A stretch of DNA of 64,000 bases from an uncultured delta proteobacterium (GCA_963789265.1 CAWBKB010000001.1:1984001-2048000); one strand, 5' to 3'. Shown: positions 19,850 to 30,741, counted from the first letter of the stretch. Numbers and translations are program-made. The notes: generated from the letters alone by a model not told the origin.

Positions 19850-20335
19850 TCACGCGCATTCGGATGGATCTCCTTGGATCTTGGAAATTGCGTGCTCCAA
19901 GGCCGGCAGAACAGCTTGCAGGTTCTCAAGGGCCCCTTTGGGGCTTCCCGGCAGGTTGATTATCAAGGTCCGCCCGCGGACACCGGCCACGGCTCTGGAA
20001 ATCATCGCGTGCGGCGTCTTTGGCAGCCCGGCCAGCCGCATGGCCTCCGCCATCCCGGGTACAAGCCTCTCCACCACGGCCATGGTCGCTTCAGGTGTAA
20101 CATCTCGCGGTGAGAGACCGGTACCGCCGGTGGTCAATATGAGATCCGCGCCGTTCTCGTCAGCCCAAGAAATCAACTTGCTGCTGATTGCTTCTTTCTC
20201 ATCCGGAACGACAGCGCTCCAAGGCACATCAATACCGGCCGATTGAAGCATTCCAATCAGTTGGGGCCCCGAGGCATCGCTTCGCAACCCTTGGGCGGAC
20301 CGGTCACTAACCGTTAAGATTGCCGCACGCAACAT
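19850..20335 (-). CDS. mog: Molybdopterin adenylyltransferase MogA/MoaB family
   Basis: LTVSDR, DASGP, VVPDE, TTGGTGLSPRDVTPEAT, NLPGSPKG. Confidence 0.92.
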   Translation of the reverse strand: MLRAAILTVSDRSAQGLRSDASGPQLIGMLQSAGIDVPWSAVVPDEKEAISSKLISWADENGADLILTTGGTGLSPRDVTPEATMAVVERLVPGMAEAMRLAGLPKTPHAMISRAVAGVRGRTLIINLPGSPKGALENLQAVLPALEHAISKIQGDPSECA

Positions 20336-20729
20336 GTTTGGCGAACCCTGTATCGCTCTCGCCGTATCCCTCTGTCCGGGGAATGCCCCGCTCGAAGTGG
20401 CGTACCTGCATATCGCCCGATTCCAGTGCCTGTTTAAGGAATCCGGCAGCCTTCCACGGATTCACTTTCGAACCGCACGTGAAGATATCGACTGCCGCGT
20501 ATCCGTGTTCGGGCCATGTATGAATTGTCAGGTGAGACTCGGCGATAACCACAACGCCGGATACACCCTGAGGGTTGAAATCCTGAAATGCAGTTTTCAG
20601 AACAGTAGCTCCCGCGACTTCTGCCGCTTGAGACATGATTTTTTCCAGGTAATCAAGGTTGTCGATTTTTTGCCTGTTACAGGACCAAAGCTCGATCAGA
20701 AGATGAATACCTAAGGCTTTCATCGTCAT
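20307..20729 (-). CDS. speD: S-adenosylmethionine decarboxylase proenzyme
   Basis: FNPQGVSGVVVIAESHLTIHTWPE (ES cleavage site), AVDIFTCG. Confidence 0.95.
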   Translation of the reverse strand: MTMKALGIHLLIELWSCNRQKIDNLDYLEKIMSQAAEVAGATVLKTAFQDFNPQGVSGVVVIAESHLTIHTWPEHGYAAVDIFTCGSKVNPWKAAGFLKQALESGDMQVRHFERGIPRTEGYGESDTGFAKHVACGNLNG

Positions 20730-20903
20730 CCCCCGTACCGAGTCGGCTGTTTGCCTCTCGAAGAAATTGTTACCAAAAATTTACGGCCAGCAACCCGTCT
20801 TCGCAAATCGCTGACTGGGGAACATGGCCTGCCTCCGATGCCCTTAGATTCGACCGCTATGCAAATAGCCTTCAGGGATACTCCCCTTCCCTGGGCACAC
20901 GGT

Positions 20904-20931
20904 AAAAAAAATTGAGGAAGCCGACTTCCTC
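20904..20931 (-). terminator. Intrinsic terminator upstream of speD
   Basis: Minus strand GAGGAAG-TCGG-CTTCCTC followed by AATTTTTTTT. Confidence 0.75.
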
Positions 20932-21446
20932 ACCAGTGCAGGTCAGGGTCTCAATCTTACGAGGAGGAAACCACTGGTTTCCCCGCTCAGGTCAAACCCT
21001 CCAGTCACAGATTTTGTATGAGCGAAAGCGAGAAAAGAGGTACAAGCATCCCAACCGGAGGGGCAATATTCCCCGCAAAGAAGCTGCAAGGAAAGGATGT
21101 GAATCTTTTTCCGGTTCATCTGCCTGCCCCAGGGCGGTAAGCCCTTTTGATGAGTAAAACGTACCTATCTGTCTTTTTTTCTTGTCACTTGTCAAGCAAA
21201 AAAGATCCCTTTCGCGCCCTCATTTAACCTCGGTAAAATACCGTCTTCTCTTTAGCTTCGGGCCAAGGGATAGACCAGGAAAAAAAGACGCCTCAGGCCG
21301 AAACGCACGCGCAGACGACCTCTTCAGCGCCCTTAATGGAGTGCTTGATCAAAATCTTTTTGCCGAAGTCATAATAACTCAAGTTTCACTATCTGACAAT
21401 ATGCTTGTCACGCATTCACAAAACTGTGGCCGGTGGCGCCTGATCA

Positions 21447-22328
21447 TCATGTAGCCGGGGGACAAAGCCTAGCGAGACGGGCCGGTTCACCGCATCTGTG
21501 GCAGGTTTCTCGGCACGGGTCAAGGCGCGCCCGGCAGCGCCCGCAAAATCTGGGAGCATCGGTTTCCAGGAGGGGCACGGGGAACCCGCACCGACCGCAT
21601 TTTTCAGAAACTTCCGGTGTGTAAGCGCCGCAATTGGGGCAAGAGATCAACGGGCCCTCCCCCAACCGCGTGAAGGAATGGTTCTTCCGAAATTCTTGAA
21701 TCCTATAGTTCATGAGCCAGCCCATAAACGCCATAAGGGGTATTAAGTAGAGCATGGCCGTGCCGGGATAGGCCGCGACGAGGAAATTGTAGAATCCATG
21801 CAGGCAGGCAGCGACCAGGAACCCTTTGGTTATGGTCAAGAGCTCTCCCTCTCGCTGAAAACGTGCTAAGCCCATCGAATAGCCCCACATGGCGGCAAAC
21901 ATCACATGAGCAGGGGTGGCAAAAACCGCCCTGGGCACAACAATTGCCGGCCCGAGCATACCCATGTATATCGTGTTCTCCACCGATGCAAAGCCGAGAG
22001 CAGCAGTTGCGGAATAGACCAGTCCGTCAATCGGCTCCCGGAAATCGCTGCTCCTGTAAATGGAAATCCAGACTGCGGCCAGCTTGAAAAACTCTTCGAT
22101 CGGGCCGATCAGCAAAAAACTTACTTCTGCAGACCGTAAAAGCGTTGGCTGACGAAGTCCGGCACCTGTTAGATTTTCAACCACAAATGTTGGAATGGTG
22201 CACGCGCACCCGCACAAGAACACGCGAATGATATTCTCGAAGGACCTCAAATTGTTATGCGCCTTCCGATGAAAATACCACAACCATATCAATCCGGGCG
22301 TTAGCCCGAGAATCGGAAGAGCCGTCAC
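21447..22328 (-). CDS. PrsW-family intramembrane glutamic protease with C-terminal zinc ribbons
   Basis: GPIEEFFK, EPIDG, LGFASVEN, PAH..FAAMWG, LHGFYN; CxxC repeats. GTG start at 22328 with GAGGT RBS. Confidence 0.88.
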   Translation of the reverse strand: MTALPILGLTPGLIWLWYFHRKAHNNLRSFENIIRVFLCGCACTIPTFVVENLTGAGLRQPTLLRSAEVSFLLIGPIEEFFKLAAVWISIYRSSDFREPIDGLVYSATAALGFASVENTIYMGMLGPAIVVPRAVFATPAHVMFAAMWGYSMGLARFQREGELLTITKGFLVAACLHGFYNFLVAAYPGTAMLYLIPLMAFMGWLMNYRIQEFRKNHSFTRLGEGPLISCPNCGAYTPEVSEKCGRCGFPVPLLETDAPRFCGRCRARLDPCRETCHRCGEPARLARLCPPAT

Positions 22329-22539
22329 AATATCATTACCTCGGAATTGACATTCTTGACCCCGGACCGTATAACACAGTGCCAGGAAAGAGCCAAGTCT
22401 TCGGAGAATTGCGATCGGTAAGTAAGTTGCGAAGACCTTTTCAGAGCTTTTATGGCCATAGTGTGAAAAGCGGGTCGCCGACACCGTAGTGGAGCCGGCT
22501 ACTGCGCACTCTACCGGCCCACAACTTCAGAAATTCAGT

Positions 22540-23607
22540 ATGACCGTATCTGCAGTCCAATTTCAATCTACGTGCTCTCCAGGCGACCAATTGGTTAGAT
22601 TGGAGGGCCTGGTAAAGTATTTTCCCGTTAAAGGAAGCTTCTTTCAGCGAGAAGACCTGCAGGTTCATGCTGTGGATGGCGTTGACCTCGAGATTTGCAA
22701 AGCAGAAACTCTGGGCTTGGTCGGTGAAACCGGTTGCGGCAAGACAACTCTGGGAAGGCTGATTCTAAGGCTGGAAAAGCCGACGTCCGGGCGTGTTCTA
22801 TTCGAAGGCGAGGATATAAGCTTCGCCGGAAGATCTGCGATGAGACAGGTGCGGCGCAAGCTGCAGGTCATCTTTCAAGACCCGTATTCGTCGCTTAACC
22901 CGCGGAGAACAGTCGAAAATATTATCATGGAGCCCTTGATCATTCATCGGATAGGAACCCCTTCTCAGCGACGAGAGAAGGTCCGGTCCCTAATGAACGA
23001 GGTCGGTTTGAGGGCGGAGTATTTGAAACGCTACCCTCACGAATTCTCGGGAGGACAGAGGCAGCGAATAGGTATCGCGAGGGCGCTGGCACTGAATCCC
23101 AGCCTGATTATTGCGGACGAGCCTGTATCTGCCTTGGATGTGTCAATCCGTTCGCAGGTGTTGAATCTAATGGAGGACTTGCAGGAAAAGTACGGATTAA
23201 CCTACCTCTTTATTTCGCACGACCTCTCTGTGGTGGAGCATATCTCGGACCGGGTCGCGGTAATGTACTTGGGAAAAATTGTCGAGATAGGATCGAAAGA
23301 GGATATTTACGCTCGACCGCTGCACCCGTATACCGAAGCACTACTCAGTGCTGTCCCTATTCCCGATCCCAAGTTACGGCGAAAAAGAATAATTCTGGAG
23401 GGCGATGTTCCGAGCCCCATTGATCCGCCGGCCGGCTGCCGTTTCCACCCCCGTTGCTGGTTACGGATTCCGGTGTGCACAGAGGTGGTACCTCTTTTGC
23501 ACGAGGTCGGTGCTGGCCACGCGGCAGCTTGCCACGTCCGAGCGCCGGCTTTCTCGGAAAATGAGCTTGAAGCCATGATGCCGCCGGCAATTCGGCCTAC
23601 TCATTGA
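22540..23607 (+). CDS. Oligo/dipeptide ABC transporter ATP-binding subunit (OppF/DppF-like)
   Basis: [41 protein letters not shown]. Confidence 0.92.
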   Translation: MTVSAVQFQSTCSPGDQLVRLEGLVKYFPVKGSFFQREDLQVHAVDGVDLEICKAETLGLVGETGCGKTTLGRLILRLEKPTSGRVLFEGEDISFAGRSAMRQVRRKLQVIFQDPYSSLNPRRTVENIIMEPLIIHRIGTPSQRREKVRSLMNEVGLRAEYLKRYPHEFSGGQRQRIGIARALALNPSLIIADEPVSALDVSIRSQVLNLMEDLQEKYGLTYLFISHDLSVVEHISDRVAVMYLGKIVEIGSKEDIYARPLHPYTEALLSAVPIPDPKLRRKRIILEGDVPSPIDPPAGCRFHPRCWLRIPVCTEVVPLLHEVGAGHAAACHVRAPAFSENELEAMMPPAIRPTH

Positions 23608-23634
23608 ATTTTTGTGCCACTCTCGCGCAAATCC

Positions 23635-24457
23635 CTACGAATTACCGGTATCTCCATCCATGCCAATCATTTGCATCAGCCATTGGAGGGATTCCAGAAG
23701 CCGGCACCACTTTTCTTCCATGATGGGCGCACACTGTTCAATCCTGAATTTCCCCAGGAAAAGCCCCATGGCGAATTCCATGCAATTTTGTTTGCCGCAG
23801 CGCTTGCAGTCGGTGGATGGAAGTCGCTTGAAGATTTCGATGGCTCCGATTCCCTGACGACGTTCTTTGTCAGGCTCCAAGCTGTACCCGCGAGTCCCAG
23901 GCTGAAATTACGAGATCGATCAAAGAACGCAACATTATCCACACGTCCAGCAGATTGTCTGCCCTGCAAATCACGAAACCATTCCGCGAAATGGCCAGCA
24001 GCCTGTGCTCCTCTTCAAAAGCGAGGACCGGGACCTCAAACCTGTAAGATCCACCCCTTATGAATCTGGCCATCAACGGAATCAACGCAGCCAAACTGTT
24101 CCTGGGAACCGCCTCGACTCTCAGTTTCAGAGGATCGGTGAGACTCGGGCGAACAGTTGACACTGTCAGAGTTCCCAGGGCTTCAATCCACTTGCTGTCG
24201 GGTGGAGGGGCTTTAGTAAGCTCGCTCGTCACCGGTCGGTAGGGAATGATGCCGCTGACAGCTACGTCCCCTTCTCTGAGTTCTTCAGCCAATGACTTTG
24301 GCCCGCCGCTGACGACAATTGTAGGGGCTACCAGCCCAAGGCAGAACGTAGGCGGTTGAACCACCGACACGGTTGCTTTCATAGAGTCGATGAACCGCCG
24401 GCCCTTTTCAAACGACACCTGATCGGGAAAGATGATTACTTGAGCCATGCCTCTCAA
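23635..24457 (-). CDS. Putative Fe-S-binding protein, split by a +1 frameshift near 23880
   Basis: ORF 24457-23870 joins ORF 23880-23635, which carries EIFKRLPSTDCKRCGKQNCMEFA (putative Fe-S domain). Confidence 0.65.
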
Positions 24458-24621
24458 GAAACACTAAGAGTACCTTGAAGTCAACGGAAAGTGGTGATGG
24501 CAATAGTTCACCGCTGAGATAGACATTGGAGTTTAGCGGTGGTATAGCCTAGTTCTGTGACTTGCTGACAACCTCCGACGGGTGCCGGTCGCCGGCTTGA
24601 GGCTCCCACCTGATCTTTCAT

Positions 24622-25956
24622 GTGAATGTGTTTCCACTGAAGAAAGAGTTCAAGGAGTATGGGGTGATTCGATCGTCTGAGGGAATCCTATTTGGACATC
24701 CGAAAGGACTCTACATACTGTTTTTGACCGAGATGTGGGAACGATTTTCTTTCTACGGCATGCGGGCTCTCCTCGTTTATTACATGATCAAGCAGCTTAT
24801 GTTCTCTCAAGCAGAAGCTTCCCAAATATACGGCTTGTACACGGGTCTCGTTTATCTGACACCTCTTTTCGGCGGCATTTTAGCCGACCGTGCCCTCGGA
24901 CAACGTAGGACGGTGATTATAGGCGGGGTGTTGATGGCAATCGGGCATTTCCTGATGGCATTCCAGTCAATGTTCTTCCCCGCTCTCTTGTTTTTAATTC
25001 TTGGAAATGGCGCATTCAAGCCGAACATATCCACGCAAGTGGGCAGCCTCTACTCTCCCGGAGATCCACGTAGAGACAGGGCCTTCAGCATATTCTATGC
25101 CGGCATTAACCTTGGGGCTTTCTTTTCTCCGCTGGTTTGCGGCACATTAGGCGAACTTTATGGATGGCATTATGGGTTTATGGCGGCGGGCATAGGCATG
25201 GTTGTCGGACTCACAATTTATCTCCTCGGTCAGCGCTGGCTTGCACCCGACCTCTTGACTGAAATAGGACTTGAAGGAGAAAAAGCGACAGCGCCTCTCA
25301 CCGCACAAGAAAAGAACAGAGTCTGGAGTTTGATTGCGATATGTCTGTTCAGCGTGGCCTTCTGGGCGGCTTATGAACAACAGGGCAATACAGTCGCGCT
25401 TTGGGCCGACGCGGACACTAACCGGTATCTCTTTGGTTGGGTGATTCCCGCGTCATGGTTTCAGTCTGTCAACCCGGCTCTGATAATTCTCGGGACACCG
25501 CTGATTACGTCTCTTTGGGCATGGCAGTCAAGAAGACAAAAGGAACCGTCAGCAGTCGCAAAGATGGCCTTTGGCTGCTTCCTGCTTGCATCCGGCTTCC
25601 TACTCATGGTCCCGGCGGCCAGGCTGTATGCCGTGGCAGGGAAGCCCGTCAGTATGCTATGGCTGATTCTTTTCAATCTGTTCGTGACGGTCGGCGAGTT
25701 GTACCTTTCGCCGGTGGGGCTTTCGCTGGTTACCAAACTGTCGCCGCCTCGTATGGTCTCCATGTTGATGGGAGTCTGGTTCTCTTCAGCGTTTATTGGG
25801 AACTTCGCAGCGGGTTTTTTGGGCCGCTACTGGGAAGAGATACCCAAGGACGTATACTTCCTAATGATCGCCGCTGTGGCTTTTTCTGCGGGATTGGCTA
25901 TCATGGTGCTCCTGAAGACTCTGAAACGGAGCATCGGATCTACGGACAGCGCGTAA
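24622..25956 (+). CDS. POT/PTR-family proton-dependent peptide MFS transporter
   Basis: FGHPKGL, EMWERFSFYGM (ExxERFxYY), FKPNIS, GINLGAF, FQSVNP, GELYLSPVGLS. Confidence 0.93.
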   Translation: MNVFPLKKEFKEYGVIRSSEGILFGHPKGLYILFLTEMWERFSFYGMRALLVYYMIKQLMFSQAEASQIYGLYTGLVYLTPLFGGILADRALGQRRTVIIGGVLMAIGHFLMAFQSMFFPALLFLILGNGAFKPNISTQVGSLYSPGDPRRDRAFSIFYAGINLGAFFSPLVCGTLGELYGWHYGFMAAGIGMVVGLTIYLLGQRWLAPDLLTEIGLEGEKATAPLTAQEKNRVWSLIAICLFSVAFWAAYEQQGNTVALWADADTNRYLFGWVIPASWFQSVNPALIILGTPLITSLWAWQSRRQKEPSAVAKMAFGCFLLASGFLLMVPAARLYAVAGKPVSMLWLILFNLFVTVGELYLSPVGLSLVTKLSPPRMVSMLMGVWFSSAFIGNFAAGFLGRYWEEIPKDVYFLMIAAVAFSAGLAIMVLLKTLKRSIGSTDSA

Positions 25957-26070
25957 GCTCGAGTTGACCGGTGCCAGCGGATGTAGTAACAGCACGTGTC
26001 CCTCAGGTGCGGAAACCGGCGGAGTGTGTAACCTTTAAGGTATCTGGAGTCATCGATCTGTTCCAACCGG

Positions 26071-26157
26071 TGTCATTGCGAGCGAAGCGAAGCAATCTCA
26101 TTTCTGGAGAGCGTCCAAAACCGAGATTGCTTCGTCGCTTTGCTCCTCGCAATGACA
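26071..26157. repeat. GTCATTGCGAG..GAAGCAATC REP-like doublet
   Basis: Inverted near-identical copy of 2470-2556. Confidence 0.85.
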
Positions 26158-26311
26158 ATTCCCCGTCCGTAAGTGAATCGTTACCAGGGTGTGCGCTCAC
26201 GCCTTGCAAATGAGGGAGAAGTATGGTTTGGATAATTACTATCCACTTTTGGGCAAGTGCCGTGGAAGCTCCTAACATTCTTCCCGCCCGAAGAGTCGAA
26301 CTGGGACATCG

Positions 26312-27751
26312 ATGCAAGATTTCAAAGAATTGATCTATTCGGTAAGTGCAGTCAACATATTGGATATTGCGATCATCGCGTCTCTTATCTATTTTGTCTT
26401 AGCCTGGCTCCAGGGTACCCGCGCATTCCAAATCCTGGCCACTCTTCTCGGAATTGGCCTGACCTACTTGGCAGCTTCCGCCTCCGGGTTAATACTTACT
26501 TCCATTTTGTTCCAATATTTGTGGGCCGCAATTATCGTTGTTCTCGTCATAGTCTTCCAACCTGAAATAAGGGAAATGCTTGATAAAGCATCGCCGATAC
26601 GCTATTTGAGCGGACGGCAGCCTGTCGATGTTAAGCCTGTCATAATTGACGAGATGGTTAGAGCCGTGGCTGAGTTGGCCCGTTTGAAGATGGGGGCGCT
26701 GATAGTATTTCAGAGGCTGGACAGGCTCGACAATACCATTTTGAAAGGCAGACTTCTCGATTGCCTTCTCTCGGCCGAAGCTCTGGTAATGATTTTCCAG
26801 AAAGCTTCTCCACTTCACGATGGGGCAGTGCTCATATCAGGCGACAAGATCAAAGCTGCCAGTTGCGTGCTCCCGTTGTCGTTAAAAGAGGACCTAAGCT
26901 CCTATTACGGCACCCGGCACCGGGCAGCCCTGGGTCTTACCGGGAAATCTGACTCCGTGTGTGTGGTGGTGTCTGAGGAACGAGGTGAAGTTTCCCTGGT
27001 CGAGGGAAAGGAAATCACGAATTACAAAAAAAAGGGGGAATTCCGGCAAGCACTTGAACGCCGGTTAGTGCCTGGAGAGGCGTCGGCAAAAGATACGGCC
27101 ACCGGCCCGAGGCGGAGTTGGATCACATCGAACTGGGGCTTGAAAATCCTTGCTCTGGGTACCGCCGTCTTTCTATGGTTTATCGTCGTCGGTCCCCGGC
27201 ACTCTGAAGTCGGAATGTCTGTGCCGATTCAGTACACTAATCTGCCGCCTACGATGGAAATCACAGGTACCTGGATGGATCGCATCGACGTCATGATAAG
27301 GGGTTCCGGTTCGGGGCTGGCCAGCTTGACACCTGGTTCTGTAAGAGCAGTTGTGGATCTGAGCGGTGTACTCCCCGGCTTGAACTATTTCAGGATAACC
27401 AACAAGAATCTGCTCGTCCCCCCGGGTATCGCCATATCGCAGATCCGGCCTTCCGACCTCCACCTCAACATAGAAGCAGCCTCCACGAAGAGTATCGGCG
27501 TGGTTCCGACCTTGGCCGGAGCTTTACCGGAGAACACAAAAGTCACCGTTACCCCCCCGGCAGTTCGCATAAGGGCAGCGCAAGGCGATCTAAAGAAAGT
27601 GACCTCAGTGACTACCGAACCCGTAAACGCCTCGGAATTGATCGCGAAGAAAAAAATCGTTACCCACGTAGTGGTGAAGCCGGACGGCCTCAGAATCGAC
27701 TCGATCGAGCCCATTCAGGTGACTGTTAAGCTTGCAGAGGAAAAGCCTTGA
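26312..27751 (+). CDS. cdaA: Diadenylate cyclase CdaA fused to CdaR/YbbR-like domains
   Basis: Three TM helices, IVFQPEIR, PLHDGA, GTRHRAA, VVSEERG; then NWGLKILAL TM and YbbR-like beta repeats. Confidence 0.9.
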   Translation: MQDFKELIYSVSAVNILDIAIIASLIYFVLAWLQGTRAFQILATLLGIGLTYLAASASGLILTSILFQYLWAAIIVVLVIVFQPEIREMLDKASPIRYLSGRQPVDVKPVIIDEMVRAVAELARLKMGALIVFQRLDRLDNTILKGRLLDCLLSAEALVMIFQKASPLHDGAVLISGDKIKAASCVLPLSLKEDLSSYYGTRHRAALGLTGKSDSVCVVVSEERGEVSLVEGKEITNYKKKGEFRQALERRLVPGEASAKDTATGPRRSWITSNWGLKILALGTAVFLWFIVVGPRHSEVGMSVPIQYTNLPPTMEITGTWMDRIDVMIRGSGSGLASLTPGSVRAVVDLSGVLPGLNYFRITNKNLLVPPGIAISQIRPSDLHLNIEAASTKSIGVVPTLAGALPENTKVTVTPPAVRIRAAQGDLKKVTSVTTEPVNASELIAKKKIVTHVVVKPDGLRIDSIEPIQVTVKLAEEKP

Positions 27752-27784
27752 ATTTATTGGAGCGAACAGGCACATGATTGAGGA

Positions 27785-28843
27785 TTGTTCATGAGTGGCC
27801 GGCCGGGTAAACTCACAGGCCTGCTCGACTTTGTGGGACGGACGTTCAGAGCAGACCTTGCAATGGACCTGGGAACCGCCAACACGCTCATTTACGCGAG
27901 AGGGAAAGGCATAGTCGTAAATGAACCTTCTCTGATAGCGATTGACACTCGCACGGGCAAGACCGTTGCGATCGGGCGGCCGGCCCGAGAGTACATTGGA
28001 CGCGGCCCGGCCTACATCAGGACCGAACGGCCTCTTCGAAACGGGGTCATCGCAGATTTCGACGCAGCCATGTCCATGATAAAGGGCTTCTTGGCCAAGG
28101 CATTCACACAGCGATTTTGGGTACGGCCGCGCATTGTAATAGGCGTGCCGTCAGGAATCACCCAGGTAGAAAAAAGGGCTGTAAAGGACTCCGCATACGA
28201 GGTTGGAGCCAACCGCGTGTTTCTTCTTGAGGAACCCATGGCCGCAGCGCTCGGAGCGGGCCTGGATGTGGATCTCCCCGGTGGAAGCCTGGTCGTGGAT
28301 ATTGGGGGAGGCACCACGGAGGTGGCTGTCATCTCCCTGTACTCCACAGCATATTGTGAATCCATACGGGTGGCGGGAGACGAAATGGATGAGGCTATCA
28401 TGCGCTATCTTCAGCGCAACATGCACCTTGAAATAACCCCCTCGCTCGCCGAAAGGATTAAGATAAGGATAGGCAGCGCGGTTCGGACCAATGGGACACC
28501 GATAATGACAGTGACGGGCAAAGAACTGGGCCGTGGAGGCCCCCGAACTGTAAGCCTGAACTCGTCAAATATAAGCGAGGCTCTTGAAGAAACAGTGGAC
28601 GCCATTCTGGACACAATTCGCAGGGCTTTGGAGAACGCCCCGCCTGCTCTCCTTTCGGACGTCGAGGAACGGGGGCTGACTTTGACAGGCGGCGGTGCCC
28701 TCTTGGCCGGCTTGGACAGCCTCATAAGTAAAATGACTGGAATCCCTGCATATCTGGCGGATGACCCCCTAACATCAGTTGTACGGGGCTGCGGAATGGT
28801 AATAGAAGACCTTAAGCGCTGGGAAGGAACTTTTGTGGCGTGA
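27785..28843 (+). CDS. mreB: MreB/Mbl actin-like protein
   Basis: DLGTANT, EPMAAALG, VDIGGGTTEVA, LTGGGALL. Start may be ATG 27791. Confidence 0.92.
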   Translation: MFMSGRPGKLTGLLDFVGRTFRADLAMDLGTANTLIYARGKGIVVNEPSLIAIDTRTGKTVAIGRPAREYIGRGPAYIRTERPLRNGVIADFDAAMSMIKGFLAKAFTQRFWVRPRIVIGVPSGITQVEKRAVKDSAYEVGANRVFLLEEPMAAALGAGLDVDLPGGSLVVDIGGGTTEVAVISLYSTAYCESIRVAGDEMDEAIMRYLQRNMHLEITPSLAERIKIRIGSAVRTNGTPIMTVTGKELGRGGPRTVSLNSSNISEALEETVDAILDTIRRALENAPPALLSDVEERGLTLTGGGALLAGLDSLISKMTGIPAYLADDPLTSVVRGCGMVIEDLKRWEGTFVA

Positions 28844-29057
28844 CTGATACCGATTCGCTTTCCAGCAGATGACAGAAGTTTGCAATCAGCGATAAATACA
28901 GCACGGATCTGACAATGCCTACCATAAGACCGGAGATGGCACCCGGGACCTCATGAATGGAAGCCGGGTACCGCTGACCCGGGCGCGGTCATGGCGCCAG
29001 ATCGGTGCCATTTGCTGTTTGCTGATTCTCACCTATTTGAGAGCGAACTAGTATTAA
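28844..29057. mobile_element. Degenerate MITE-like element (ATACCGATTCGC TIR family)
   Basis: CTGATACCGATTCGCTTTCC.. versus the reverse complement of the right end, TTAATACTAGTTCGCTCTC.. Confidence 0.45.
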
Positions 29058-29166
29058 CGGACCTTTCTCGGTCATTTTAGCTCACGCAAGACCGGACCCA
29101 GCGAAACCCAGATCAAATCGGCCAAAACCTAACTAGTTGTTTCGACAGAACAAGAAGAAGGCAGCT

Positions 29167-29610
29167 ATGGACTCACGAGATCGAGAGTTGCTCAATTTGA
29201 TTCAGGCCGCGTTCCCCGTTGAGCCGCATCCTTACATGGTCATAGCCGAAAAGCTCGGGATGGACCAAGAGGAGGTTTTGGCCCGAATCGACAACCTGAA
29301 AAGGCAGGGAATAATCAGACGAATCGGAGCTTCCATCAATTCCAGGCGAGTCGGCTTCGTGAGCACGCTCCTAGCAGCTCAGGTGCCTGACGAAAAGTTT
29401 GAATCGTTTGTGCAAACCGTTAACTCATGCCCGGGGGTTACCCACAATTACCAAAGAACGCATGCGTACAATGTGTGGTTCACACTTATTGCATCGTCCC
29501 GGACCGAAAAGGAACGCATCATTCAGGAACTGATCCAAACAACACGCGTCGAGATCCTGGAACTCCCGGCAAAGAGGATCTTCAAGATCAGAGTGGATTT
29601 CAGATTCTAA
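29167..29610 (+). CDS. ahbA: AsnC-like siroheme decarboxylase alpha subunit (AhbA/NirD-like)
   Basis: LLNLIQAAFPVEPHPY, GIIRRIG, STLLAA, PGVTHNYQR, YNVWFT, FKIRVDF. Confidence 0.82.
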   Translation: MDSRDRELLNLIQAAFPVEPHPYMVIAEKLGMDQEEVLARIDNLKRQGIIRRIGASINSRRVGFVSTLLAAQVPDEKFESFVQTVNSCPGVTHNYQRTHAYNVWFTLIASSRTEKERIIQELIQTTRVEILELPAKRIFKIRVDFRF

Positions 29611-30741
29611 GGACGGGACGGCACGCTCAACCGGGACGTTCTCTGTTTGCTTGCGGTTTCCAGTGATTTTCGAAACTGGTGTTCCATCTGATCGACGGCC
29701 GACATGACCCCAGTTTCCGGGTCATCCAGAAGCGACAGCTTCATCTCATCGAGATATGAATAAATACTTTTTTTAAGAATGGGCTTGTTTTCCGCAACAG
29801 TGCTGGCATGATCCCATACATCCCAGATGATGATCCCAACACCGACGATCGGCCCCAGAGAACTTCCCCCCAACTTTCGCAGCCACCTTTCCACCCGTCT
29901 TGGCGGCAAGCTTGGCCATAGTCTTGGCCGCTATTTTTTCCCCCAGTCCGGCTCCAACGCCTGCCAGCGCCTTGCCCTCAAAAGTCCCTATGATTTTCCC
30001 TGCAAGGACCACTGTGCCGGCAGCCGTAGAGGCATACAATGCCTTGAGCGTGATAGGAACATTTCTCCCGCTCTCTATCATGGACGACTGTCGTGAAATA
30101 TCGGCAATGTAGTCTTGCCAATCAGCGGGGGTTACATTATATCGTTTTGGTATTTCGGCTACGAGCGATCGCAGATTGTGCAGGTAACGCTCTAGAGTTG
30201 CAGCCTGAATCCGCTCGAGTTGCAGTTGAGATGTCTGAGGTTGAAGGACCCGGGAGGCAAACTGTGACTGAAATTCCTCGGTACTTTCTTCCGCGGCAGT
30301 AGGTTGGTCGGAAGCCACCCAGTGTATTGCACCGTAATAGAGAGCTTTTGCGCCCCGTATCTGAGTATTCCAATAGCTGAAATACCAGTCTAGGAAATCG
30401 TTATCGACGCGCTCCTTCAACCCCTTTTCCCACTTGTCTAGCCGCGAGAGCGCGTATTGTCGGGCGTCTGCTCGCGCGTTGGCCAGCGCTTCTTCCACCG
30501 CCTTGTCCAGTTTATTGTACACGGGTGGGACAGGCCGGGATTCCTCCTTTGTCGGATTCTTCGCCTGGGTCAGACCTCCTGCCGATTTCCCACTCAAAAA
30601 AAAGTGATACCCCAGACCTGCGATGATGATGAAAGCCACAAACGACCAGATCAACAAGCTGGCGGCTTTAATAAATTGGGTTATTGCCGTCAGCCGGCCG
30701 GCCTTTTCGGCATTGTTCGGACAAGGAGTCTTTTCGTCCAT
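29607..30741 (-). CDS. Conserved hypothetical membrane protein, split by a +1 frameshift near 29865
   Basis: N-terminal TM, FLDWYFSYW, Ala/Gly/Lys-rich helix; continues in another frame as LGPIVGVGIIIWDVWDH. Confidence 0.6.

Noticed and set aside
21100..21160. SAM-I riboswitch upstream of speD
   Set aside because: Only a CTCATCAAAAG resemblance; the GAGGGA..GGCCC, GCAACC and GTGC core elements were not found.
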